A stretch of 64,000 nucleotides of DNA from the human T2T-CHM13v2.0 reference genome, Homo sapiens, in contig CP068257.2 in the NCBI GenBank assembly GCA_009914755.4, positions 34,400,001 through 34,464,000 of the forward strand. The letters are read 5' to 3'. Shown piece by piece: positions 16,151 to 29,069 of the stretch; the first letter of the stretch is position 1; each line of letters begins with the position of its first letter. A model generated the notes under the pieces. That model did no database searches. It had not been told where the DNA came from and saw only the letters and a list, made by a program, of their open reading frames with translations. Made by a program: the position numbers and the translations under genes.

Positions 16151-17244
16151 GCATGGATACATTGGCCGGGCTGGAGAAAGATGCACTGTCCCTGCGCCTT
16201 CCTTCCTCCGTTTTGTTCCTTTTAGTTCCCACAGGACTTTCTGTACTGTGGGAGAAAGCTCTTTTACAAGGGATCCCACAGGTGGCATTCCTGACAAGGC
16301 TGTTCAAATATCAGCCCACAAGTCATGGGTTCTGTTACACGTTCCCCCTCGGGACAAAACCTGCCGCCCAGCATTTACCTATAGTACGGAAGGCAGCAGC
16401 TGACCACCGAGGAGGAGCCAGAATCGCCTCTGCTGGACCCCATGGGCCCTCAAGGGGCACGGCCAGGAGTTTCGGTGAGAAAGTCATTTTCACACAATTA
16501 CAGACCTATTTCCTCAAACATCACTGCCAGCCTCCACAGAGGAGGGCCTCCCTCCTTGAGGAACACCCTCCACAGAGGAGGGCCTATTCTATCCTTAGCT
16601 GGAAAGATGATCGAGGAATGCCTCCAATCGCCCTTAACTTCTTGCTGTCTGTCCCCTCGGGCCAAGTCAGCAGTTGGAGGTTTACCACCCAAACTCAGAA
16701 CTAGACACCAACAGGGGTGCGAGTCTTTAGGAGCCTCAGGCCCACCCAAAGCACCAGCAAAGAGAAAACCAAGAAAGAAAGATGGCTAGGGGGAGTCCGG
16801 GGAGGGCGGTGGTGATTAGACAATAAGGAAGAAAATAGCGCCGTCGGTTAAACAGCACTGCACGCTGCCTCACCCTAGATGGGGACAGATGGGTTTGCTG
16901 CCCTAAGAATGACTTGACGAGAACAGCCTGCCACCAGCGTCTTTTGAGTCCAAAACAAAAGAGCAGCCGAAAGGAAGCGTATGGACTGTGAGCGGTGGTT
17001 TCACCCTGTGGCCAGACTGCCCAACAAGGGGCCACAGGTTTCTTGCAAGGGGTCCGTGACTTCACATAACTAGCATTGTCTACAGTCTCATACTATTCTT
17101 CGAATAAATGCAGATCTGCTGTGCTGATGGAGTATTACTCAGCTGTAAATAAATGCAGATCTGCTGTGCTGATGAACTATTAGTTGTACATGTTTCTGGG
17201 CAGCTGCTTTTTGTCACTGTGTATTTTTTAATTTTGCTTTATTA

Positions 17245-17555
17245 TTTTTAGAGACAGGGTCTCACTCAGTTAGTTGTCGCCCAGGCTGCAGTACAGTAGC
17301 ACGATCCTGGCTCACTGCAACCTCAAACTCCTGGGCTCAAGCCATCCTCTGGCCTCACCCTTCCGAGTGGCTGCAGCTACAGGCACGGACCACCCTGCCC
17401 AGCTCATTTTTTAAATTGTTTTGTAGGAACGGGATTGTGGGGCGGGGGGACGCATTACATCACCCAAGCTGTTCAGAACTCCTGGGCTCAAGAGATCCTC
17501 CACCTCAGCCTCCCCTGAAGTGATCACAGGTGTGAGCACCACGCCCACCCACTGC
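17245..17555 (-). mobile_element. Alu (diverged, AluJ-like)
   Basis: Minus-orientation Alu-like sequence with many substitutions. Confidence 0.65.
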
Positions 17556-18853
17556 GCAGTTTTTCTAATCACTGGACAAGGAAAGCACAATGACCATGTA
17601 GGGTCTGCGAAGTTTTTAATGTTCAAGGGGCTGTCCGTTTTGAAAGGTGAAAAGGAATTAACATATTTAGGTCCACTCATAGGGAAGAGGAAAAAGAAAT
17701 TCTGGCATAGCACAGGGGTCAGGAAACTATGGCCCACCACCTGTCGTTGTCAGTAGTTTCCCTGGAGCCCAGCCATGCAAATGGTTGACATGCTGCCGAT
17801 GGCCGCTCTGCAGAATCGCTGGGACTAAGACCACAGGTCCAGAAAGCTTCAAATGGTTACTATCGGGCCCTCCACAGAAGTCTGCCCACTCTCCATACAG
17901 CATATGATGAAATACACTGCATTATACTGAATATTGAAAAAAAATATACTGCAGCTACTGAAAAATAAACACAAAGTGTATATACAAACAGGGAAAGATG
18001 TTCAAGAAATCATGAGAAAGTTTTATTTTAAACTCTGCCTGCCTCCTGAGGCCAGCAGGTCCCGTTCATTTGGTTTCACTAGGCTCCAATGAGAAAGGAA
18101 TTTGAGTTCTTGGGAAGAATGAACCCTGGGAGGGTAAACAGGACTCTGGGCAACATTGTCTAAGCGGCGTCCCCAGCACGGGCCTGAACAGGACCAGCAG
18201 CCCCTCCGTTACTTACGCAGGCAGTTCCAAGGCCACAGGCCGCTGAGAGCTGTGCAGGAAGCTCTCCCCACCCAAGGTCTGCGTGGTATCAAAACTCAAG
18301 AATAAGAACAGAAGCCAAACCACCACCATGGTTCGCCATCAGCTGACCTACACTGAACCCCAGAATCAAGCAGACAGGCCCACCACGGCCCAGCTGTGCA
18401 GGATGAGCCAGCTCCCCAGGTGGAAAGGCCTGCCCAGGAAAGTCGCCAGAACAAAGCAGAAAGAGCCGCTGGCTGAGCTAGTCATTCTTCCCAAGTGAAT
18501 AATTAGACAAGCGCCACCTTGAGAGGCCAGGAGCATGCTTAGAGGACATTCCCTCCTCCTGGAAGCTGTGTGTCCCCTAGGGGGCTCTTCAACACCCACC
18601 TCAGTGCAGCCACACAGGGAAGGGCTGGCGTCTGGGCCACCCTGGCGGGGATCCAGGACTACCTCACACTGCCCCACACCCACCGCCAATCTGCCCCTTA
18701 ACCCAATGGTATCAGAGCATCTTAAAAGCACAACCACTAGACTCTGATAGCTGCTGTGTCAGATAAGAAGCAGGCCCCGTGGTGACAGACCACACACGGA
18801 CGCAGCTGGCTCCTGGCTGCCTCACAGTCCGCCTCTCTCCTCACAGTTCAGCA

Positions 18854-18859
18854 CTTTAT
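18854..18859 (-). terminator. SETD4: AATAAA polyadenylation signal (minus strand) about 320 nt after the SETD4 stop; probable SETD4 3' end at about 18835
   Basis: The plus strand has tttatt at 18854-18859, which is AATAAA on the minus strand, with GT/T-rich sequence beyond it. It overlaps the stop region of the candidate alternative terminal exon. Confidence 0.5.
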
Positions 18860-19174
18860 TCGGAAGAGCATTAGACCTGCCATCCAGACAGCTTGTCCAC
18901 CTTCACTCACAGCCTCACAATCCCAGAACCTGTGCTGCCCCCTGCAGAAATCCTGCATGTCCTGGGGGCAGCCACCACCCCAGCCCATGATGATGCTCTT
19001 CAAAATTAACTTTTGTTTCTGTAGGAAAAGCAAAAGGAAAAGGATTAAGTTCCTAATTGTTGAGTAGACACAACTCATCGACTCTAAACTATATAAATTT
19101 AGTCCATCAAACCTTAGTCTAAAATGTGTGACTAACACCCACCAGAGGAGGTGACCAAATGCGCTTCGGTGAAA

Positions 19175-19309
19175 TCAGGTAAAAGCTGTTTGCAAACTGT
19201 GCAGGGTCTCGGCAGATGCCCTGAGAATCTTTAGCTCTTCCGTCCACAAGGATTCCACCAAAGTTAGTTGGTTTATCAGGGCCTCTTTTTCATCCTTCAT
19301 ATGAGACAC
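19175..19309 (-). CDS. SETD4: SETD4 terminal coding exon 11 (CDS part): VSHMKDEKEALINQLTLVESLWTEELKILRASAETLHSLQTAFT, stop TGA at 19177-19175; 3' UTR continues to about 18835
   Basis: On the minus strand: aaaaataactttcag|GTGTCTCATATGAAGGATGAAAAAGAGGCC...GCTTTTACCTGA. The ten coding exons sum to 1323 nt, which is 440 aa plus the stop, with every phase consistent. This is the expected SETD4 length. Confidence 0.87.
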   Translation of the reverse strand: MSHMKDEKEALINQLTLVESLWTEELKILRASAETLHSLQTAFT

Positions 19310-19384
19310 CTGAAAGTTATTTTTTAATTATTGTTATTGTAGTAAAACATATATATATATTTCACAGAACGTACGTACCTTTTT

Positions 19385-19700
19385 AACCAATTTTAAGTGT
19401 ATGGTTCAGCAGCATGAAGTACATTCACATTGTTTAGATCCACTGCCACTCTCCAGCTCCAGAACTTTTTCTATCACCCAAACAGAAACTCTACAAGCAT
19501 ACATCAATAACCCTATTCCCCTCTTCCCCAAACCCCCCGTCACCTCTACTCCACTCTCTGTCTCTACGAACTCACCTGTTCCAGGAACCTCACAGAAGTG
19601 GATCATACAGCATTTGTCCTTTTGTGTCTGGCTTATTTCATTTCCAATAATGTCTTCAAGCTTCATTAAAATCACTCTTTAAATCCCAGGCATGTTTTCA
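19385..19700 (-). mobile_element. L1 3'-UTR fragment in minus orientation, 75 bp upstream of the SETD4 terminal exon acceptor
   Basis: The plus strand is the reverse complement of the L1 3'-end consensus (gtacattcacattgtt...atttgtccttttgtgtctggcttatttcat...aatgtcttcaagcttcat). ORF track 19406..19675 (-) reads like an L1 3'-end translation. Confidence 0.65.
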
Positions 19701-19839
19701 TACGAATAAGCTGATTTCTCATTTAACTAAAACATTTACTAAATAAACACATCAATGAGAAAGAATGCTTGAAGTCACACAGTAACTTTTACTTTTTGCC
19801 TTTTAATAAAAAGTAAAGGCAAAGATATGGAATCAACCT

Positions 19840-21090
<1,251 letters not shown>

Positions 21091-21207
21091 TTATTTAAGG
21101 CACTAAACAATGCTCTTATGAAATGCACTATCCCTAATAACATGTACAAAACAAGGAACTGCTGAATCAAGACACTTCTTTAAGGATGTCATATTCTAGA
21201 AACATAC

Positions 21208-21331
21208 CTTTTGAAGCACAGCATTAGTCTCTTCTATGAAATAATAGCATATTTTCTGGGCTATGTCCAAACTTGTCTTCTCATTCGTATCTGAAATTAC
21301 CTCCCCAAGAAGTACTTTTTTCCAGCATGTA
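21208..21331 (-). CDS. SETD4: SETD4 coding exon 10 (124 nt): (F)TCWKKVLLGEVISDTNEKTSLDIAQKICYYFIEETNAVLQK
   Basis: On the minus strand: cattttggttctag|TACATGCTGGAAAAAAGTACTTCTTGGGGAGGTAATTTCAGATACGAATGAGAAGACAAGTTTGGACATAGCCCAGAAAATATGCTATTATTTCATAGAAGAGACTAATGCTGTGCTTCAAAAG|gtatgttt. Confidence 0.87.
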
Positions 21332-23632
21332 CTAGAACCAAAATGTTCCATGACACAATTTTAGCAGGCTCTCAAAAAACAGATTTTTTTGTTTCAGTGC
21401 AACACATAAACTCCTTCTCCTATTTCTCCAGGAGCATAATACAACTCATTCCATAAGCAGATTCCCCAAACCTCCATGCCACTTGCAGCTCCCATGTGGA
21501 AGCCGACCAGGTAATGAGAGAGGAGGAGGAGGAGCTGAGAATAAAAGCACGGGGGGTGGGTACTCTCTGCAGGCAAGGGCTGAATGTTATTATCATCACA
21601 AACCTGTGTCTGACCCATGAGTGAATGAAGTCCCGTTCCCGGCCATGGGAACGAAGCCAGTGACAGAACAGGAGGGCGAGTCCACAGCCGAAAGGCAGAG
21701 GACTAAGGAGCAAAGGCAGAAGTTTTCCTTCAAGTGACCGTCTGTCCAAAATAGTAGCAAACTGGGCACAATTCACAAAGCCAAATGCTCCATGTCTGGA
21801 AGGAGGAATCTACAGCAAGCCTCTATCCCCATGCAGGTCATTCCAGTGCTCTACTACAAAGGTTCGCAGGAAACGGGGCTCAGTCAGCAGGCAGGGCCCA
21901 CTCTGGAAGGTCTGCTGTGGCAGGTGCAAGGGAGCCACAGCAGGATGCGGAGCAGAGGTGGCAGCGCCAGACCTAGACACTAGAAAGAAGAACTACCGGG
22001 AGAAAGACGACGGAGGACCGGATTCTGAACACCGAGAATCTGGAAGTGGAAGTGGCTTCGAAGGGGAGGAAAGATGGCTGCTGTGGAAGTAAACAGGAGC
22101 CCATTAGATTCAGAACAGCTGGCAAGACACAGCCCGGAATAGTCTCAGAAGGCTTCAGTTTCAGAGATGACAGGTGAAATGAGTTCTCAGTAAAGAAAAA
22201 GGAAATGACTGTGTGTCAGGCATGGTGTTCATGAATAACCATTACCTAATTTAATCTTCACAGTTACCTAGCAAAGAAAGCACGATAATCCGCATGCTAG
22301 ACTCAAAGAAACACTCAGCAAAGTTGAAGCACTCACCCTGAGTGACAGAGCTAGTGAGGCAGAAAGAACTGAAACGCCCCAGCCAGAGCCCCACACGTGC
22401 TTTCTCCACACCCACTCAGTAAGCGGTAACTCAAATGCAAGAAAAGAGGCCTAAGGAAGACCTCTGGGAAACAGCCAGTTGTTGTATTTAATTTTAGGCT
22501 GAAGTGTCCGAAAAGGACTCATACCTTGTTGCCAGAAGGATTTAAAGAAGCTAACATAAGTACACACAAAATAAAAGGTAAGATGAATGAAGGCAGAAAA
22601 CAAGACAAAGGAAGACAAAAGGAGAAAAGACAAGACACTGCAGGAATGGGCCAGTGCGAAACCGCATGTCCCAACACTAGGTACGTTTGCATGCACCTCA
22701 GATTTGCCTCTCAGTTTTCCAGTGAACAAGGAAAAGAAGGAAACATCGGTTAAAGAATTCATAGTATCTGTAAGATAAAAACACTCCATTTGCTAAGAAT
22801 AAAAACAAAAACTATGTCTAGTGTTGAGACCAGAGAGAAATTTTACTCCAAAAGTTCCTAGAGAAAAAGAAGGAAGCAACATCATCTCATCCAAAAGAAG
22901 AACAGGCGTCACTGAAGGGGCACCGACTGCTCCCAGGCACTGTGCCTCATCTCAGTCAGTCCTCCCAACTGTTCAAGGACAGCCTGCACCATCTTCAAGA
23001 GGTTCTCCCTGGATATCTAGCAGCAGAAGGTTGAAGGCTGCTCTCCCTGCCAGGGACTCAGGCTGAAGCTGCCCCTACACTGGGTACAGCACAGCTGGAT
23101 GTGTCGACAGGGGGCTGCAGGGAGCAGGACTGACAGCAGGCAGGAACATGAGGGAGCCTGGCCAGGATGCACACCCACACCGGGGGCTCCCCGACCTGCC
23201 TCCCCCATGGAAAAGTCCAGCTCTTCAGCCAGGTTTCTGGATCTCCCCCAGGGCAGGACCGACGTTAGGGACTCTAGCTCTACTTGTCCTGGGCAAAACC
23301 TACCTACTCAGAGACTTTCCTCTGAACAGTGCCAATGCCCACACTTTTTAAAGGATTTCAGGTCACCAGAAGGAAAATATGAGTAGAAACAAAAAGATTA
23401 TCAAAACTATGTATGCTGAGTCTAAAACCAGAATTCCAAAACGGTTAAAACTTAGAAATGAAACATTCGCTACATGGGCAAGTTACATAATGAGAAAGCA
23501 ACTCCAATGTATGACATCCCTTTTTCCTCCCTGGCTGGGTATCTGAATGCAAGCCAAAAACAAACAAACCAACCCTCCAAAGTTATATCTAGCCTGTTGC
23601 TACAGCTTAAGACCAACACATGTGAAACTTAC

Positions 23633-23713
23633 AATTTCTCAGCTTCCAGACATAACAACTTAAGGGCTGTGAGTAGCCTCCAAGATGGTCCATCCCATCC
23701 AAATGTCAAATTT
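23633..23713 (-). CDS. SETD4: SETD4 coding exon 9 (81 nt): (E)NLTFGWDGPSWRLLTALKLLCLEAEK(F)
   Basis: On the minus strand: ttatttgtttttctacttcag|AAATTTGACATTTGGATGGGATGGACCATCTTGGAGGCTACTCACAGCCCTTAAGTTGTTATGTCTGGAAGCTGAGAAATT|gtaagttt. Confidence 0.87.
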
Positions 23714-23934
23714 CTGAAGTAGAAAAACAAATAATGACAAATCCATCATTTCAGTATTTCATGACCTCATAGCAAATGACTGAAGAGCCAAACACCTTTT
23801 TAAAGAGGTTGCTAAATGTCATGTAACCTGCAACCTCGGCCAAAGGACAAGAGAAAATCAGTCTGCAAATACTTAAGAAGAAAGCCTAAGTAACAGGAAA
23901 TTCTCTCCCCATTTTTTTTCTAAAGAGTAAACAG

Positions 23935-24252
<318 letters not shown>

Positions 24253-24864
24253 TTAACCATGGATGAGGGGCCGGAGGCAGGGCCCATGCACAGGAGTTCC
24301 CAGTAAGAGAAACGCTTAAGAACTGGAACTACCCTGGGCATCCCACTGATGGCAGCCACCACTGCCAGGCTGCTCTCACACCATGGCGGGATCATTTCAA
24401 ACTTCATTTCATCCAGAAAAGAAAATCTGAAAGGGAGAGCCTTGAACCCTGTTTAGCCACTTGGCATGGAATCACCTCGCTACCCACCTACCCCAAGAGC
24501 CTGCACCATGTTGCCAGGTGCGTGGGCTCTCCTGAGGCCCAGCCTGGCCTTTCCACATGACCACAAGGGAGACAGACTCACCCTGGGCCACCCATCAACA
24601 CATCCAAGCTCTCTTTTGGTACCATAATTTAATATTTCTAGCTTGTATCTTATGTCCCTAAAGAAGTTTCTTTCAAGTGTCTTATACTCCTTTTGTCCTC
24701 CACAACATCAAGCGCAGTTTTACTGCACATAGTAAGTGCTCAATACCTACCCGTCAGCTGATACAGGGTCAGGAGGGGTCTCACCCCCATGGAAAATTTA
24801 ACCCCAGGTTTTCCATGAAAATTTCCTAAAGGAATAATTTTAAGAGGGAAAGAGAAACACTTAC

Positions 24865-24946
24865 TCTATATAGCCATGATCCTTTAAAATAGAAATCTTT
24901 TTGTCCATCTGTTTATCTGTTGATGGAAGATATTTAACAAGTATTT
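24865..24946 (-). CDS. SETD4: SETD4 coding exon 8 (82 nt): (E)ILVKYLPSTDKQMDKKISILKDHGYI(E)
   Basis: On the minus strand: tttttttttgaatatag|AAATACTTGTTAAATATCTTCCATCAACAGATAAACAGATGGACAAAAAGATTTCTATTTTAAAGGATCATGGCTATATAGA|gtaagtg. Confidence 0.87.
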
Positions 24947-25877
24947 CTATATTCAAAAAAAAAAATCAGACTGTTAGGGCATAAATTTGGACAAAAGTAT
25001 GTCTCCCTTCCCTTCTCAACTCACTTCCTTTCCCTTTAGCAACCCAGACATGCATAAACAGTTCCACCTAATTCACACAAAGGAAATCTACTCTTCAAGT
25101 CCAATTCAGTCACATCAGTACTGAGTCCCTGAAAGGCTGTAAGAATTTCAAGGCTGGAGGACTAAACACGCATAACCTCAGCTCCTGCTCCCACTAAGTA
25201 AATCCACCAAAAACAAGCAGGTCATTAGGACATCAGCATGACTGTTGAAAATTTACAGTCAACAAAAGTAGAGGCCCTGCAAAAACATGAGGAAAGGTTT
25301 ACAATACTGAGCTTTTTCCAAACCAGAATTCAAAGCAGTCTGGATATTAGTGACTGCAACTACAAAAAACTTAAAGTAAATATGCACAAATTAACAGAGC
25401 TATTTGGAGAAGCAGGGTAATAAGGGATTTTTCTATTTTATTTTAAAAATGTAAATATAACTAAAATATAATTTTTGCTCAAATTAATTTATTCAACAAA
25501 TGAATACTTCGCGGACATCAATATTAAATTTATCAGGATTTTGAAAACATGAAGCCAATCTCGAAGCTGGTTTTCTAGCAGCAAGACCCAGTTTTTGCTT
25601 TTCTATTTTTATTTTGAGAAATCACATTATTATTCTGCCTATAAGATGGAGTAGTAACAGCTTGGCCAAGTTTCTATCTCCAATCAAATCTATATTTAAA
25701 AATGCTTCAAATTATATATTTAATAAGGCTCTTGCCGTTTTTTCATGGCCTAGAAAACTGCTTCTCTACAGTTTCAGAAAGGGAAAAATCAGTCTTCTAT
25801 GTACTTTTTTAACACTATATTTGGAATTTTCACATCTTAAGTGTAATGGCTAACTTACTATTTTAAAATAATAAAAC

Positions 25878-25990
25878 TGGGCCAAGCACGGTAGCTCCCG
25901 CCTATAATACCAACACTCTGGGAGGTTGAGGCAGGAGGATCTCGAGCCCAGGAGTTGAAGACCAGCCTGGGCAACATAACAAGACACTGT
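25878..25990 (+). mobile_element. Free left Alu monomer (FLAM-like)
   Basis: It contains gggccaagcacggtagctcccgcctataataccaacactctgggaggttgaggcaggaggatctcgagcccaggagttgaagaccagcctgggcaaca. Confidence 0.65.
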
Positions 25991-26037
25991 CTCTATCATA
26001 TGAAAAAACAAATATTAAAAATAGTAATAATAAAACC

Positions 26038-26340
26038 AGGCCAGGCACAGTGGCTCACTCCTACAATCCTAGCACTTTGGGAGGCTGAGACAGGTAGATC
26101 ACTTGAGGCCAGAGTTCAAGACCAGCCTGGCCAACACGGCGAAACCCCGTCTCTACTAAAATTACAAAAGTAGCCAGGCATGGTGGTGCGTGCCTGTAAT
26201 CCCAGCTACTCCAGAGGCTAAGGCACAAGAATCACCTGAACCTGGGAGGCGGAGGTTCCAACGAGCCAAGATTACACCACTGCACTCCAGCCTGAGCAAC
26301 AGAGTGCGACTCTGACTCAAAAATAATAAAATCAATGATG
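26038..26340 (+). mobile_element. Alu
   Basis: Plus-orientation Alu consensus. Confidence 0.85.
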
Positions 26341-26839
26341 ATGGCTAGGTTAATAGATCACAAAAGAACATACATGAAATCAAATCTCACCATGGCAACA
26401 ACCTCCAGAAACAAGGACTATAGGTAGATTTATCTCTGTGATTAACACAGTGTCTTACCCACAGTAGGTGCTTAATAAATATTTTTTATTCATTGCTCTC
26501 TAATCCTATTTTCTTTAGTGCCAGTGACAACGTCTCAGTATAAACATTTCCATCCTTTAATACTGTATTTATTTCCTTAGCAGTTTTCCTTTTCTTCCAT
26601 TCTATCTTCTGACCCAATGCAATGAAAACTTCTCAAAATATCAGTCAAAACTTCGTTGTTTTTACTTCAACACTGAAATTACAGCCAGTAAGAGTAAGGC
26701 TAGGCCTACCTAGAAGAAAATTAGTGATATGTATGTCAGTCTTAAGGTTTTGATATTTTTATTAAAACTGAAAATACACATCTCCAAATGGGGAAAAAAA
26801 TTATATAGTGTTAATGTTAAGAACAAAGTTGATTCCAAC

Positions 26840-27014
26840 CTCTTGAGACATAAACACAAGCATGAGGATTATGGACAGAAACAAATCCGTATTCCAGGAA
26901 CAGCCGTTGATTATCGTGAGGGCCGTAACAGATGAATACCTCTTCATGCTTTCTCCAACGTGAAGTCGTTCTAATTTCGTAAGAATGAGTTTCTTCATTA
27001 AACGCTGCTTTTAC
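26840..27014 (-). CDS. SETD4: SETD4 coding exon 7 (175 nt), SET-domain core: VKAAFNEETHSYEIRTTSRWRKHEEVFICYGPHDNQRLFLEYGFVSVHNPHACVYVSR(E)
   Basis: On the minus strand: tttttctttctag|GTAAAAGCAGCGTTTAATGAAGAAACTCAT...GTTTATGTCTCAAGAG|gttgga. It contains the EEVFICYG / NHSC-like SET motif. It is not in the ORF track because no start codon opens this frame. Confidence 0.87.
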
Positions 27015-28639
27015 CTAGAAAGAAAAACTGTTAAGGTATTTTTTAAAGTAAGGTGTAAAACTCCAAAGCTGATTAAGTTATTACATAATATTAATGTGAG
27101 TCAGGTGCAGCTTTCAAACACCCATCAATAAATGTAACTACGCATAGGGAAAATGCCACTTCCGGTTTCATCCACCTCGACTTCACCCCATTGATGACGG
27201 AGGGAGTCCTGCCCTAGGGCTCTGGGGGTGGCCACACCACGACACCCGACACAGCACAGATGAGATCATCAGCAGTTTATTGGTCACGTCCACTCACAGC
27301 CCAGGGAAGGAGGACATGGTGGTGCCAATAAACTTTATCTGTAAAAAGCTAGAGAGTAAATACGTTCAGCTTTGCCAGCACTATGTGGTCTCTGTCACAA
27401 GTTGTTGTATTTTCACAATCCTTTCAAAGTGTAAAAACCATTCTTAGCTCAGGGCTCTTGGGCCACACGCCCACAGGCTGTAGTTCGTGCTGTGGTCTTC
27501 CTACAGTAAACTATAAACTCATTGGTTTGGCACATAAATGCACCAAAAGTCCCAATAAAAATAAATCACTGCTGACGGAGTCCCCATGTCTAGCATCCTA
27601 TCACACTACACACTCCTGATATTATTTCGTCAACATCAACCACAGAAACACTCACCTAATCCCAGGCTCCTTTGCTCCCGATTATTAAAGATACTTCTTT
27701 CTACAAAAGTAACAAGCAGACAGCCCTTGTTCCTGGGCTAAGAAAGCAGAGCGGGAACCTCCCTAAGCTCTGATCTCACGTAGAGAGCACGAAAGCTTAG
27801 CACGTGGGCTCACAAGGCATGGCTGCTCTTCTCCAGTGGAATGTCAGATGAAGGCGACGGCCAGGACACAGATCCCAGCCATGTCCCTCCACAACACACC
27901 CCAAAGTGGTTACAGGTGAGCCAACTGATGGACTCTCTTCCGCTCTCCAAGCCAGGCCTCTACCCCTGCATGCCCTGCAAATACACTCATTTCCTAAATG
28001 AGCCACCTGGGGAAAGCGCTGGGGAGGAGGCGATCTGTGACCACCTCCCAAATCAGGTTTCTTTCATTATTTCCCAGAACCCTTTCCCCACAAATACCCA
28101 TCCATTCAATAAACATTTACTGAACACCTACTATGTGCCAGGCCCTGCCATGAGCACTGAGGTGACAAAGAGGAACAAGACAAAGACCCCATTCTCAAAG
28201 ATTTCAGAGCTCAGTGGGAAAAAGAGCAAGTCAGTCAGCGATCAGAGCGAAGAGAAATGCTGTGACAGCTACAACACCAGTTTAAAAGGGACGGGGCAGG
28301 AAAGCAAGCTAAGCTTCAGTCCCGGAAGGAGGAACGAGGGAGAAGGAAGGAAGGCTCCGCACCACAGGCTGCTGGGAAAGACCGGACAGAGGATGCAGCA
28401 CGAGGCTCTGTAGGCCTGAAGAGCAGAGTGAAGAAAAGGGGCCAAGGCAAGCACTGCGGGAGGGATAGTGGGGTCTAGAAGAACAACAGGAGCCTCCTGA
28501 CGTCAGGCCAACCTGACAGGGTCACCTGAAGCCGCCGACACCTCTCCCTGTGGTGCCACCCACATCTACAGCCACAGGTTCTGGGCAGCGGAAGCCTTCC
28601 TATCCAAATAGAATAGCTGCTCCCTTGTCAGCTTCTCAC

Positions 28640-29069
28640 CTGGACATGTGGGCTATGATTCAGCAGGTCCAGGTACGGAGCGAGTGCACAGGTGTCCGGC
28701 TCTGCAGAAAGGCATTCCCGCTGCCTGGGCCTCAGGTACACGGCTCTGGTGTTGACGGTGCACCAAGCCCACAGCAGGGCACTGTAGCTGAAGATGCTGT
28801 CAACAGCCTCCGCAAACAGAGGCTGCAGAGAAGAGAAAAAGTCTCTGGAGGAAGCAAAGAACTCCTGCACGTGGGCTCTCTGCTCTTCAGCCTTTGCTTT
28901 TAAAGATTTGGGAAGAAGGTTCACCACTTCCGGCTCCAAACAAACAGGGCAGGTATACGCCTTGGGTAAAATCTCCAGGTAAGGCTTCCAAAGAGATCGG
29001 TGCCCAGCATGCTTTTCTGAAACTAAAAAGGTGCACAGCGCCAGCAGAGGAGATGGAGGAGGCTTCCAC
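28640..29069 (-). CDS. SETD4: SETD4 coding exon 6 (430 nt): (K)WKPPPSPLLALCTFLVSEKHAGHRSLWKPYLEILPKAYTCPVCLEPEVVNLLPKSLKAKAEEQRAHVQEFFASSRDFFSSLQPLFAEAVDSIFSYSALLWAWCTVNTRAVYLRPRQRECLSAEPDTCALAPYLDLLNHSPHVQ
   Basis: ORF track 28628..29113 (-) covers this exon. The acceptor is ttttaattttcaaag|G at 29070-29071 and the donor is CAG|gtgagaagc with GT at 28639-28638. Confidence 0.88.

Noticed and set aside
16150-17100. Unique block with ORFs of 183 and 115 aa, beginning (minus strand) with TGTAGACAATGCTAG..., possibly an LTR
   Set aside because: I cannot match it confidently to a repeat family or a gene from memory. It has no splice or promoter context. I leave it unannotated rather than guess.
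22451-22789. 112-aa minus-strand ORF flanked by an acceptor-like ttatcttacag and a GTATGAGT donor; initially considered as a SETD4 exon
   Set aside because: The frame and phase do not fit between SETD4 exons 9 and 10. The true exon 10 was found at 21208-21331. The translation is the antisense of a purine-rich stretch (Phe/Leu/Ser-rich, non-protein-like).
22861-22985. Short ORF with an acceptor-like ctgctgctag (NLLKMVQAVLEQLGGLTEMRHSAWEQSVPLQ*), briefly considered as the SETD4 C-terminal exon
   Set aside because: It was superseded by the genuine terminal exon at 19175-19309. The genuine exon matches the SETD4 C-terminus exactly and closes the CDS at 440 aa.
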